A stretch of 64,000 bases of DNA from an uncultured Gemmatimonadota bacterium (GCA_951812955.1 OX638340.1:1696001-1760000), one strand, 5' to 3'; positions 28,442 through 38,060 are shown, counted from the first letter of the stretch. Numbers and translations: made by a program. Notes: generated by a model from the letters alone, not told the origin.

Positions 28442-29551
28442 TCAGTCTATCACGGCCCTTTCGACCATCTGTTGTTCGAGCAGTTCCGGCACGGGTTCCG
28501 CCCCCGCGCCGGGCGTATCAGAAAGGACCATTTGCGATGGGCCCGAAAGTTCCAGTCGCGGCGCGCTCAGGTCCCGCTCGTAGAACCTGGTACTGGGAAA
28601 AACGTCCGATGGGTATTTCATATTGGGCAGCGTCGCCAGCGCCATGCAGAACGAAGCGCCCAGGGCCGATTCGAGCATGCCGCCCGTCCAGCAGGGAACG
28701 CCCTCCTCTTCGCATATCCGGTTCACCTCGAGCGCCTGGGTCACCCCGCCGACCCGGGCGGGCTTGATGTTGATCCACCGGGCCGCGCCTATGCTGATCG
28801 CCTTTCGGGCCCTGTCGGGTGACGTAATGCTCTCGTCCAGGCATATCGGCGTCTCGATCGCGCTTTGCAACTCGGCGTGGTCGACCAGGTCGTCCCGCAT
28901 CAGCGGCTGCTCGATCATGGCCAGGTTGTACCGGTCCAGTTTCCTGAACATGGGCAGGTCGTCCAGCGTGTATCCGCTGTTGCAGTCGATGTGAAAAACG
29001 GAGTCCGGGAAGGCCGATCGGACCGCCGCGATCATGTCCAGATCCCATCCCCGGCTGTACTTCAGCTTGATCCGCTTGAAGCCCGCCTCCACGGCCTGCT
29101 CGATATTGCCCAGCAGCATGTCGATACTGTCCTGCACGCCGAAGTCCGCGCCAACCTCGATGACCGGCCCTTTGCCGCCAATCACCTGCCAGAGCGGCTT
29201 GCCCTCCATCCGGGCGTGCAGGTCCCACCACGCCGCGTCCAGGCCTCCCTTGGCGAAGTAGTTGCCCGCGACCCAGGCGCAGGTCTCGTGCAGATCCCGG
29301 CCGCTGTCGACCCGCCTGCCCACCAGCAGGGGAGCGAGCACGTCACGGGTCACGGCGTATACACCGGCCGTGTATTCCGGGCTGTAGGTTGGCCGGGCGA
29401 GGGGAGTCGTCTCGCCCCAGCCCACGGCATCGCCGGCATGCATCTTCACGATGACGCTCTCGATGACGTCGTCACTGCCGTAGGCCGTGCGCCACGGATA
29501 GATCAGGGGCATGGCGACGTGATATAGCTCGACTGCGTCGATGACGGGCAT
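28442..29551 (-). CDS. Enolase-superfamily enzyme (o-succinylbenzoate synthase / N-acylamino acid racemase / dipeptide epimerase-like)
   Basis: KLK (RIKLKYS), DCN (HIDCNSGY), E (IEQP) and D (LDES) metal and acid/base residues in canonical order. Confidence 0.8.
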   Translation of the reverse strand: MPVIDAVELYHVAMPLIYPWRTAYGSDDVIESVIVKMHAGDAVGWGETTPLARPTYSPEYTAGVYAVTRDVLAPLLVGRRVDSGRDLHETCAWVAGNYFAKGGLDAAWWDLHARMEGKPLWQVIGGKGPVIEVGADFGVQDSIDMLLGNIEQAVEAGFKRIKLKYSRGWDLDMIAAVRSAFPDSVFHIDCNSGYTLDDLPMFRKLDRYNLAMIEQPLMRDDLVDHAELQSAIETPICLDESITSPDRARKAISIGAARWINIKPARVGGVTQALEVNRICEEEGVPCWTGGMLESALGASFCMALATLPNMKYPSDVFPSTRFYERDLSAPRLELSGPSQMVLSDTPGAGAEPVPELLEQQMVERAVID

Positions 29552-29557
29552 AGCGTC

Positions 29558-30769
29558 CTACCCTCTCAGATCGGACAGCAACCGGCCGGTGACCGCCTCC
29601 GCGAAGGCGGGATCGTTGATGTTGCAGTCCATCTCCGTCACCGTCACGTCGCCGGATACGTTCGATTTGATGGCGTCGTAAAGGGCCTGGTCGGCATCGG
29701 GCCACCAGAACTCGTTCCCAGGGCTGTCCAGGATGGACACGCCCTTCAAGGGGAGAAAGATCGACACCGGCCCACCGGAGGCGTTGGCCTTCTCCGCGAT
29801 AATCTCGCCGAGACGGACATTCTCCTCCACGTTGGTCCGCATCAGGGTGATGTTCGGATTCCATTTGTGCAACCTGCGGTTCCGGTACTTCTCCGGCACC
29901 GTGTCCGGCGCCCAGAAGTTGACCATATCCAGGCAACCCGGCACGATCACCTGTGGAATGCCCGCCCTGCCCGCGGCATCCATACGTTCGGGACCCGCTG
30001 TCAGGACGCCTCCGGCCAGTTCGTCGGCCCATTCCGTGGTGGTGATGTCGAGTACGCCCTCGATCAGGCCCTCGTCGATCAGGCCCTCCATGGTTCGGCC
30101 GCCCGCGCCGGTGCAGTGGAAGACAAGCACCTCATAGCCCGCTTCCTCCATGATGGCCCGGGCCAGGTCCACGGCCTCGGTGGTGTTGCCGAACATGCTG
30201 GCGGTGATCAGCGGCTTGTCTTCTGCCGCTTCCTGTACGTCGGTTTCAACCATCCCCGCGATCGCGCCCGCGGCGTTGGCAAAGATCCGCCGGCTGATGC
30301 GGTTGATTCCGGCCACGTCCACGACGGAGGGGATCATCACCACGTCCTTGATCCCCACGTAGTTGGTCGTATCTCCGGCAGCCACGGTGGACACCATCAC
30401 CTTGGGCACCCCGACGGGCAGCGCCCGCATAGCGCTCGTGCCTACCGCGGTACCGGCGGAACCGCCCATGCTTATGATTCCATCGAACACGCCGGCTTCA
30501 TACAGGCCCTGCGCGATCTCCGCGACGCCTGCCGCCATGGCGTCAATAGCCTCGCCGCGGTCGCCGCGCTTCTTCAACGCTGCTATCGTCGTGCCGGCGG
30601 CCTCTGCGACCTGGTCCTTCGACACGTCCGCTTCGAAAGCGGAATCCCCGATGACACCCGTATCGATGATCAACGTCCCGTGTCCGTGTCGTTCTATCTC
30701 GTCTTTCACGAAGGCGAATTCGTCTCCCTTGGTATCGAGCGCGCCTACGATGGCAATGGTTTTAGGCAT
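29558..30769 (-). CDS. UPF0261 / Tm-1-like family protein
   Basis: N-terminal IAIVGALDTKGDE and the overall two-domain layout of Tm-1-like proteins. ATG at 30769 with a GGAGAGGG RBS. 6-bp gap to the downstream enolase-family gene. Confidence 0.7.
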   Translation of the reverse strand: MPKTIAIVGALDTKGDEFAFVKDEIERHGHGTLIIDTGVIGDSAFEADVSKDQVAEAAGTTIAALKKRGDRGEAIDAMAAGVAEIAQGLYEAGVFDGIISMGGSAGTAVGTSAMRALPVGVPKVMVSTVAAGDTTNYVGIKDVVMIPSVVDVAGINRISRRIFANAAGAIAGMVETDVQEAAEDKPLITASMFGNTTEAVDLARAIMEEAGYEVLVFHCTGAGGRTMEGLIDEGLIEGVLDITTTEWADELAGGVLTAGPERMDAAGRAGIPQVIVPGCLDMVNFWAPDTVPEKYRNRRLHKWNPNITLMRTNVEENVRLGEIIAEKANASGGPVSIFLPLKGVSILDSPGNEFWWPDADQALYDAIKSNVSGDVTVTEMDCNINDPAFAEAVTGRLLSDLRG

Positions 30770-31123
30770 TGCATTCCCTCTCCAAGTCTGGTATCGATTT
30801 GCGATATAATCCTTCTTAATCCGACTAATCAAGTTACAGGTACGCGAAGATATTGTACATACCTTTATACCAAGTGTTTCGAGTTCATAACGCCGCGACC
30901 ACAACGCTCCCGGACACCGTTTGTGCCAGGTAAATTGATGGCTCCGGACGGCAAACCATTAGATTATTACGACCTGAGGAGGACAATACGGCATCGTGTG
31001 CGCAATGCAGGAATAAGTACCTTGACATGGATGGTAAATCATTACTTATTACGTAACGAATTATGTATCAGTCAGCCTTAGCATGAGGATGTGGAAAGCG
31101 GTGAGTGGTTCAACTTGCATTGA

Positions 31124-31471
31124 ATGGTTCAACTCTTGGATATCGTCTTCAAATCACAAAAGCTTGCTCAGATATTCAATTCAGAGAACAACCTCAAGAA
31201 GAAGTACGGGACAAAGTGTTCGCGTACCATAATGATAAGAATGTCCGTTTTGAGAAACGCCAGTACTTTGGAAATTGTACCGAAAACCCCGCCTGACCGG
31301 TGCCACCAGTTAAAAGGGCGTCGTAAGGGGCAATTCGCGGTGGAACTGGATGCAACGCGAAGGCTCGTCTTCAAACCGAACCATGAACAGACTCCACTTT
31401 CAAACGATGGCGGTATAGACTTGAATGGCGTGACAGCAATAATGATCCTCGATGTAACGGAATATCATTGA
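31124..31471 (+). CDS. higB: HigB-type (plasmid maintenance killer / RelE-ParE superfamily) toxin
   Basis: ...PPDRCHQLKGRRKGQFAVELDATRRLVFKP... matches the HigB toxin (PF05015) C-terminal signature. Confidence 0.8.
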   Translation: MVQLLDIVFKSQKLAQIFNSENNLKKKYGTKCSRTIMIRMSVLRNASTLEIVPKTPPDRCHQLKGRRKGQFAVELDATRRLVFKPNHEQTPLSNDGGIDLNGVTAIMILDVTEYH

Positions 31472-31510
31472 AGGTGGAGATACGAGGGACTATCTCCGCA
31501 GGAGGAAACC

Positions 31511-32599
31511 GTGGAGTCGCAGAAATATCAGTACCGGCCGGACTACGCAGTGCAGCCAGGATGGGTCTTGGAAGAGAGATTGGACGCGCATGGCATGACG
31601 CACGCTGAATTCGCACGCAGGTGTGATCGTTCACCGAAGCTCATCAGCGAAATCATCGCTGGGAAGGCTCCGATCGTACCAGAGACTGCTTTTCAATTTG
31701 AATTGGTGTTAGGCGTTGATGCCAGTATCTGGTTAGGTATAGAGGCTGACTATCGTCTATACTTGATCCGTGCTATTGCCGAAAAAAGAGCAGAAGCCGC
31801 TGGCACGTGGTCCAGATCATTTCCAGTTAGAGACCTAGCCAAACGAGGGGTAATCCGCAAATCGGCATCTACGGGTAAGGCGGCATCTGAGCTACTGGCT
31901 TTCTTCGGTGTAGCATCAGTAAATGCATGGAAGATGAAGTACGAAAACGTAAATGCCGCCTTTCGTCAATCACCGTCATTCGAAAGCGACAGAGCTGCAT
32001 TAACTGCTTGGCTTAGACTCACCGAGATAGATGCACAGGATCAGGACTGCGACAGCTACGACGTTGCCAAGTTCAAACAGGTGCTGGCTCAAGTACGCCA
32101 CCTCACCCGGACACCGGTCCGTGAGGCTTTAAAAAACGCCAGAACACTTTTAAATGAGGCCGGGGTTGCCTTGTCGTTGGTCAAGCCATTGCCAAAAACA
32201 AGGGTGAGTGGCGCTGCATGGTGGGTTTCCCCTAACCGACCCGTTGTTGCGCTGAGCGGGCGTCACAAAACAGATGATCATCTATGGTTCAGCTTGTTTC
32301 ACGAAGCAGCACATATCATCCTGCATGGCAAGAAAAACGTGTTTGTCGATAGGGCGAACGGAGGGGCCGATAAAACCGAAAATGAAGCTAACCAGTGGGC
32401 GATCAATTTCCTGATTCCGAGTACAGCCTGGAGTGGTTTTGTAGCAAAGAGTAGTTTTCGTAGAAGAGATGTGTGTGATTTTGCTGACGAACACCAAATC
32501 TCGCCAGGTATAGTGGTGGGGAGACTCCAGCACACGAAACAGAGAAACTGGAACCACCTTAATACCCTCAAAACACGGTTGCAATGGTCGGACGAGTGA
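31511..32599 (+). CDS. higA: HigA-type XRE antitoxin fused to an ImmA/IrrE-family zinc metallopeptidase domain
   Basis: N-terminal HTH (GMTHAEFARRCDRSPKLISEIIAGKAPIVPETA) plus a C-terminal HEAAHIILH (HExxH) peptidase motif. Confidence 0.8.
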   Translation: MESQKYQYRPDYAVQPGWVLEERLDAHGMTHAEFARRCDRSPKLISEIIAGKAPIVPETAFQFELVLGVDASIWLGIEADYRLYLIRAIAEKRAEAAGTWSRSFPVRDLAKRGVIRKSASTGKAASELLAFFGVASVNAWKMKYENVNAAFRQSPSFESDRAALTAWLRLTEIDAQDQDCDSYDVAKFKQVLAQVRHLTRTPVREALKNARTLLNEAGVALSLVKPLPKTRVSGAAWWVSPNRPVVALSGRHKTDDHLWFSLFHEAAHIILHGKKNVFVDRANGGADKTENEANQWAINFLIPSTAWSGFVAKSSFRRRDVCDFADEHQISPGIVVGRLQHTKQRNWNHLNTLKTRLQWSDE

Positions 32600-32718
32600 G
32601 AGACAGGGGAAACCGCATCCAGATTGTGGTGTTTCAACCGATTGGCTTTCATTCTCAAACCAATGGTCCTCAATGATTAGTCGTAGTCCTGGAATGTGTA
32701 AATCAACAAGGAACCAAG

Positions 32719-33177
32719 GTGATTAATCCTACTGTTCAGACGCAGATGGTCGTCCGTCGGCCGGTCGACGAAGTGTTCAACGCGTTCGTCGACCCCGCCA
32801 TCACCACCCGCTTCTGGTTCACCAGGAGCAGCGGTAAGCTGGAGCCGGGTGCGAAGGTCACCTGGGAGTGGGAGATGTACGGAGTTTCTGCGGTTGTCCA
32901 AGTAAAGGAAATCGAGCAGCCCTCCAGAATCCTCATCGAATGGGACGAGCCCGCGACGACCGTCGAGTGGCGCTTCACTTCTCTCGGAGCGGAATCGACC
33001 CTCGTACAGATCGCCAACACCGGGTTCCAGGGAACCACAGAGGAGATCGTCGGCATGGCGCTCGATTCCATGGGCGGTTTCTCTCTCGTCCTCGCCGGGC
33101 TCAAGGCATGGCTGGAGCACGGTATTGCCCTGGATCTGGTGGCTGACCGCGATCCGGAACACCACGTTCCTGATTAG
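32719..33177 (+). CDS. SRPBCC (AHSA1 / START-like) domain protein
   Basis: 152 aa. The MVVRRPVDEVFNAFVDP...RFWF start is typical of activator-of-Hsp90-ATPase-homolog-like SRPBCC proteins. Confidence 0.65.
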   Translation: MINPTVQTQMVVRRPVDEVFNAFVDPAITTRFWFTRSSGKLEPGAKVTWEWEMYGVSAVVQVKEIEQPSRILIEWDEPATTVEWRFTSLGAESTLVQIANTGFQGTTEEIVGMALDSMGGFSLVLAGLKAWLEHGIALDLVADRDPEHHVPD

Positions 33178-33231
33178 CCCTACTGTATCGGCGACTACCC
33201 AAACCGAATCTTTACCCCAAAGCCTGATGCC

Positions 33232-33456
33232 TTGACGGCGGTCGCCGGAACTTCTATACTCCACCGGATGCGAAGACAAGTGCCTCCATGCCCATCCTGC
33301 GGAGGACCGTTGCACCACGTCCGGGGCGTCCGGTATTTCTGCGCGTCCTGCCGGGAAGATTACGGACTATTTCGAAAGCGCGCTCCGTACACGGGTACGC
33401 ATTGCGTCCGGCTTCAGTCACCGGCCCAGGTCAGACAGGCCGAGGAGGAACCGTAG
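33232..33456 (+). CDS. Possible small zinc-ribbon protein (CPSC...CASC); low confidence
   Basis: 74-aa ORF in an otherwise empty 310-bp gap with two CxxC pairs. Only moderate GC3, so it may be non-coding. Confidence 0.2.
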   Translation: MTAVAGTSILHRMRRQVPPCPSCGGPLHHVRGVRYFCASCREDYGLFRKRAPYTGTHCVRLQSPAQVRQAEEEP

Positions 33457-33490
33457 CGGGAACCGTGCCTGACCGTTTCCCACGCTCAAG

Positions 33491-34513
33491 ATGAACTGGT
33501 TAAAGAAGACCTGGGGATGGCTTCGGTGGCTGGCCGCGCTGGGCATCCTCGCCTACCTGTTCTATCTCTACCGGGACCAGTACGCCGATTTCATCCGCCG
33601 CGAAATCGACTTTACCTTTTTGATCATCGGCGTCGTGCTGGCTACGACGGCGACCGTGCTGGCCTTTTTTCGGTGGTATCTCCTGGCCCGGGGCCAAAAG
33701 CTGGTGCTGGGATTCCGCGAGGCCGTCCGCCTGGGCTTTGTCAGCAACCTGTTCAACTACCTGGCGCCCGGGACCGCGGGCGGAGATATCGTCCGCGCCG
33801 TGGGCATCGCGCGGCGTCAAAAGTCGAGGCGGACCGTCGCCGCGGCTACCGTGCTGCTCGACCGGTTGATCGGCATGCTAGCGCTGCTCATCGTCGGATC
33901 GGCGGCTTCCCTGCTAAGCCAGGACCTCTGGCATCACCGGGAGATCATGATCGCCGTCCTGATCTTCTGGGGCGGCGCCTTAGCCGGAATGATCTGCCTG
34001 GTGGTTTCGCTGCAGTCGCGGTTTCTGGAATGGACCCTCTATCAACGGCTTACCCGTCTCCGGTACGCCGGTCCGTTTTTCGCCGAACTGGCCAACAGCC
34101 TGGCGCTATACCAGACGCGGCGCAGCGCGCTGACCGAGGCCCTGCTCATCGGTCTGGCCGGACAGGTCTTCATGTTGTCGGCTTTCTATTGCTGCGCGAT
34201 GGCACTCCTGCCCGGACCGGCCGCGCCGGATTACTGGGTCCATCTGATGCTGATCCCCGCGGCCGAGATCATCGGTACTTTCGCGCCGGTGCCGGGGGGC
34301 GTCGGCGCCCTCGAAGGCGCGGTAATCTATATCTATCACCTCGTCAGCACGACCTCGGATGGATCGGTCACGGGAACGGTCGCACAGGCCACGGGCCTGG
34401 CGGCCGCACTCACGTACCGGATCGTGCGCGTATCCGTCGCAGCCCTGGGCGCCGGGTACTACATGGTATCGGATAGAAGCTGGAGGGAGAGGCTGAACCT
34501 GGAAGGAACCTGA
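33491..34513 (+). CDS. Flippase-like / lysylphosphatidylglycerol-synthase TM-region (UPF0104) family membrane protein
   Basis: 8 predicted TM helices and the NLFNYLAPGTAGGDIVRA motif typical of the LPG_synthase_TM domain. Confidence 0.7.
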   Translation: MNWLKKTWGWLRWLAALGILAYLFYLYRDQYADFIRREIDFTFLIIGVVLATTATVLAFFRWYLLARGQKLVLGFREAVRLGFVSNLFNYLAPGTAGGDIVRAVGIARRQKSRRTVAAATVLLDRLIGMLALLIVGSAASLLSQDLWHHREIMIAVLIFWGGALAGMICLVVSLQSRFLEWTLYQRLTRLRYAGPFFAELANSLALYQTRRSALTEALLIGLAGQVFMLSAFYCCAMALLPGPAAPDYWVHLMLIPAAEIIGTFAPVPGGVGALEGAVIYIYHLVSTTSDGSVTGTVAQATGLAAALTYRIVRVSVAALGAGYYMVSDRSWRERLNLEGT

Positions 34514-34624
34514 CCGTACGGGCACGAAGAAAGTGCCTGGCTTGCCAGGCGCATCCCCGCACCCGGTCAGGGCCGAACTCCGGGTACTTTATTCCCCGGT
34601 GTCCGGCGGTTCATTGCTGTTACT

Positions 34625-37408
34625 TCACGAACAACCGCTCGTCGATCCACATTCCCTGCACACGTAGCAGGAACCGTTGCGGGTCATCAGGCTGCCGCAG
34701 TCCGAACAGGACGGGGCATCGGCCTGGGCGACATAGACCTCGTGTTCCTGGTTCTCCTGCGCGGTCATCGTCTGGTCCATGGCGTTCGAATGCATGGTGG
34801 AATCCATGTCCGTGTCCGCCACGATATCGGAATGACTGTCCTCGGGCAGGAACTTAAACGCGAGCCATCTGAAGATATAATCGGTGATGGACTTTGCGAT
34901 GGGCACGTCCTTGTTTCCGGTCATGCCGGCCGGTTCGAACCGCATGTGGCTGAACTTGCGGATCAGGCTCTCCAGCGGCACGCCGTACTGAAGCGAAACG
35001 GATATGGCCGTGGCGAAAGCATCCATCATGCCGGATACCGTGCTGCCTTCCTTGGACATCCGCAGGAAGATCTCGCCGGGCTGGCGGTCTTCGAAGAGAC
35101 CCACCGTCAGGTAGCCCTCGTGGCCGGCGATGCTGAACTTGTGGGTCACGGCCTCGCGCTCGTCCGGCAGCCGCCGGCGAACGGGCTGGACCTCGGCCGT
35201 CTCTTCGTCCTCCGAGGCCTTGGTGCTGAGCGGCTGGGTGCGCTTCGAGCCGTCGCGGTAGATGGCCAGGGCCTTGAGTCCCAGTTCTCCGCCTTTCATG
35301 TACACGTTCATGACGTCTTCGACCGTCGCCTCGTTAGGGAGGTTGACCGTCTTGGAAATGGCACCGGAAATGAAGGGCTGCGCGGCGGCCATCATCTTCA
35401 CGTGCCCCATGTGGTGGATGGAACGGCTGCCGTTCTCGGCACGAAAGGCGCAGTCGAATACAGGAAGGTGTTCCTGGAGCAGGTGTGGGGCCCCCTCGAT
35501 GGTCCCATTCGCGTCGATGTAGCCGATAATCCGCTCGATCTGCTTCTTCGAGTAGCCCAGCTTCTCCAGGGCCGAAAGTACGGTACGGTTCACGATCTTC
35601 ATCGTGCCACCGCCCACAAGGCGCTTGTACTTCACGAGGGCGATGTCGGGCTCGATGCCCGTCGTGTCGCAGTCCATCATGAAGGCGATGGTACCCGTAG
35701 GCGCCAGTACCGTGGCCTGGCTGTTCTTGTAGCCGTTCTTCCTGCCAAGGGCAAGGGCGTTGTCCCACGCGGTCCGCGCGGCGTCCAGCAGGTTCTTGTC
35801 GACCATCTCCGGCTGAATGTCCTCCACGGCGTCCCGATGTTTCTGCATGACCCGGAGCATGGGGTCGCTGTTCTCCTCGTAACCCGCGAAGGTGCCCAGG
35901 TTTTCGGCGAGTTCGGAGGACCGGAAGTACCCCTGGCCGGTCATCAGCGCCGTGATGGCCCCGGCGTATGCCCTCCCGCCATCGCTGTCGTAGGGCAGCC
36001 CCATGGCCATGAGCAGCGCGCCGAGGTTGGCGTACCCCAGGCCGAGCTGCCGGAAGGCGCTGGCGTTCTCCCCGATCTTTTCGGTAGGGTAGCTCGCGTT
36101 GTCGACGATGATGTCCTGCGCCATGATCATGATATTGACGGTGTGGATGAATCCCACCACGTCAAAGGTGCCGTCATTGGTCAAATACTTGAGCAGGTTG
36201 ATCGAGGCCAGGTTGCACGCGCTGTTGTCGAGGTGCATGTACTCGGAACAGGGGTTGCTGGCGTTGATACGGTCCGTGTTGGCGCAGGTGTGCCAGTCGT
36301 TGATGGTCGTATCGTACTGCATGCCGGGGTCGCCGCACTGCCACGCCGCCTCCGCGATCCACTCCATGATCTCCTTCGCCCGGAGGCTTTCCACCGGTTT
36401 TTTCGTCGTGATCGACTGAAGCGCCCACTCGCCGTCCTCTTCCACGGCGTCAAGGAATGAATCGGTCACCCGGACGGAGTTATTGGCGTTCTGAAACTGG
36501 ATGGAGCTCCATGCGTCGCCGTTCAGCGTCATGTCCCACCCGGCGTCGCCGAGGGCGTAGGCCTTGCGCTCCTCGTTGGCCTTGCACCAGATAAACTCCA
36601 CCACGTCGGGGTGATCGATGTCCAGGACGACCATCTTGGCGGCCCGCCGCGTCTTGCCCCCAGACTTGATGGAACCGGCCACCGAATCGGCCGCTCGCAT
36701 GAAGGAGACCGGTCCGGAGGCCTGCCCGCCGGCTGAAAGTATCTCCTTCGAGGACCGGATGCGCGACAGGTTGACGCCCGCGCCGGAACCACCCTTGAAG
36801 ATCATGCCTTCCACCTTGCACCATTCCAGGATCGACTCCATCGAATCTTCCACCGAGAGGATAAAACACGCTGAACACTGGGGCGTGTCCTCGACGCCCA
36901 CGTTGAACCAGACCGGACTGTTGAATGTGGCGCGCTGGTGGAGGATGATGGATTTAAGCTCGTTGTGAAAGGCGTCTGCGTCCTCTTCCGACGCGAAGTA
37001 ACCCTGCGCCCGTCCCCAACTGGCGATCGTATCCGCCACGCGGTCGATCATGTGCTTCACGCTGTTCTCGCGCTGCGGGGTACCCAGGGGTCCGCGGAAG
37101 TACTTTGACGCAACGACGTTGGTGGCCAACTGCGACCAGGCCGCGGGAAACTCCATGTCCTTCTGTTCGAAGACGACTTCGCCGCCGTCCCCCGAGATGG
37201 TGGCCGTGCGCTTTTCCCACTCCACGCCGTCGTAGGGGTCCACGCCCGGATTGCTGAACAAACGCTCGACAGCCAGTCCTCCTTCGACAAGCGGCGCGTT
37301 GGCGGTGGACGCGTCATCGACGGACACGTCGGCGGTGGATTCCTCCGTCTCCTCCATCAAGAGATCGGGATTATCCTTTGATTTCAGTCCAATATTCTCT
37401 GTAGCCAT
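34625..37408 (-). CDS. nrdJ: Adenosylcobalamin-dependent (class II) ribonucleotide reductase
   Basis: 927 aa. Active-site Cys and finger loop (PCSEYMHLDNSACNLASINL), CSACFIL, and a C-terminal Zn-ribbon (CSDCGSLMTRNGSCYVCRECG). Confidence 0.92.
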   Translation of the reverse strand: MATENIGLKSKDNPDLLMEETEESTADVSVDDASTANAPLVEGGLAVERLFSNPGVDPYDGVEWEKRTATISGDGGEVVFEQKDMEFPAAWSQLATNVVASKYFRGPLGTPQRENSVKHMIDRVADTIASWGRAQGYFASEEDADAFHNELKSIILHQRATFNSPVWFNVGVEDTPQCSACFILSVEDSMESILEWCKVEGMIFKGGSGAGVNLSRIRSSKEILSAGGQASGPVSFMRAADSVAGSIKSGGKTRRAAKMVVLDIDHPDVVEFIWCKANEERKAYALGDAGWDMTLNGDAWSSIQFQNANNSVRVTDSFLDAVEEDGEWALQSITTKKPVESLRAKEIMEWIAEAAWQCGDPGMQYDTTINDWHTCANTDRINASNPCSEYMHLDNSACNLASINLLKYLTNDGTFDVVGFIHTVNIMIMAQDIIVDNASYPTEKIGENASAFRQLGLGYANLGALLMAMGLPYDSDGGRAYAGAITALMTGQGYFRSSELAENLGTFAGYEENSDPMLRVMQKHRDAVEDIQPEMVDKNLLDAARTAWDNALALGRKNGYKNSQATVLAPTGTIAFMMDCDTTGIEPDIALVKYKRLVGGGTMKIVNRTVLSALEKLGYSKKQIERIIGYIDANGTIEGAPHLLQEHLPVFDCAFRAENGSRSIHHMGHVKMMAAAQPFISGAISKTVNLPNEATVEDVMNVYMKGGELGLKALAIYRDGSKRTQPLSTKASEDEETAEVQPVRRRLPDEREAVTHKFSIAGHEGYLTVGLFEDRQPGEIFLRMSKEGSTVSGMMDAFATAISVSLQYGVPLESLIRKFSHMRFEPAGMTGNKDVPIAKSITDYIFRWLAFKFLPEDSHSDIVADTDMDSTMHSNAMDQTMTAQENQEHEVYVAQADAPSCSDCGSLMTRNGSCYVCRECGSTSGCS

Positions 37409-37450
37409 ACGTGCCCCCTGGAATCGTCTTTCACCATCTGCGACTGGTAT

Positions 37451-37498
37451 CTGATACGGTCAAACTCTGATACGGTCAAACTCTGATACGGTCGAACG
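37451..37498. repeat. Three tandem copies of a 16-bp unit (ctgatacggtcaaact) in the nrdJ leader
   Basis: Read directly, 43-90 bp upstream of the nrdJ start codon. Confidence 0.8.
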
Positions 37499-37516
37499 AT
37501 GTGTTAATCAAATTAC

Positions 37517-37554
37517 AAAAAACCGATGCCTGGTCCATATGATTGAACCAGGCA
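37517..37554 (-). terminator. Rho-independent terminator downstream of nrdR (stem TGCCTGGT/ACCAGGCA plus T6)
   Basis: Minus-strand hairpin followed by UCGGUUUUUUG, 15 nt after the nrdR stop. Confidence 0.55.
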
Positions 37555-37568
37555 CAAGTAAACGCTAA

Positions 37569-38060
37569 CTAGTTCTGATCGGGTTGGTCCTTGACGACCG
37601 AGGCCAGCTCCTGCTTTTCCAGCTGTTCGAGCTCTTCCTGAAACTCGCTCCGGTCCTTGAAATCCCGGTAGACCGAGGCGAAACGCACGTAGGCCACTTC
37701 ATCGATCTTGCGCAGTTCGCGAATGATGAATTCGCCGATCTTGTCGGAAGAGACCTCGCGGTCGCTCAGGTTGCTGACGTAGTATACCACCCGGTCCACG
37801 AGTTCGTGCAACTGATCGGCGGAAATCATGCGTTTCGTGCAGGCCAGCTTCAGTCCGTGCATGATCTTTGCGCGGTCGAAGACCTCCCGGCGGCCATCGG
37901 ACTTCACCACCATCAGTTCCTCTTCCTCGATGGCTTCATAGGTCGTAAACCGCTTGGTGCAGGAAAGGCACTCGCGCCGCCTGCGGATGGTTCTTCCACT
38001 TTGAATTGTGCGTGAGTCAACAACGTGGCTGTTCAACGTGCCACACGCCGGACATCGCAT
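37569..38060 (-). CDS. nrdR: Transcriptional repressor NrdR
   Basis: MRCPACG...CLSC zinc ribbon plus an ATP-cone domain. 163 aa. Confidence 0.92.
   Translation of the reverse strand: MRCPACGTLNSHVVDSRTIQSGRTIRRRRECLSCTKRFTTYEAIEEEELMVVKSDGRREVFDRAKIMHGLKLACTKRMISADQLHELVDRVVYYVSNLSDREVSSDKIGEFIIRELRKIDEVAYVRFASVYRDFKDRSEFQEELEQLEKQELASVVKDQPDQN

Noticed and set aside
27673-28767. 364-aa plus-strand ORF
   Set aside because: It is antisense to coaA and runs into the next gene. Arg/Pro-rich; a shadow ORF.
33517-34476. 319-aa plus-strand ORF in an alternative frame
   Set aside because: It overlaps the flippase-like membrane protein gene in another frame; Arg/Gly/Pro-rich with no TM pattern.
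34742-36460. 572-aa plus-strand ORF
   Set aside because: It is antisense to nrdJ, which has unambiguous class II RNR motifs.
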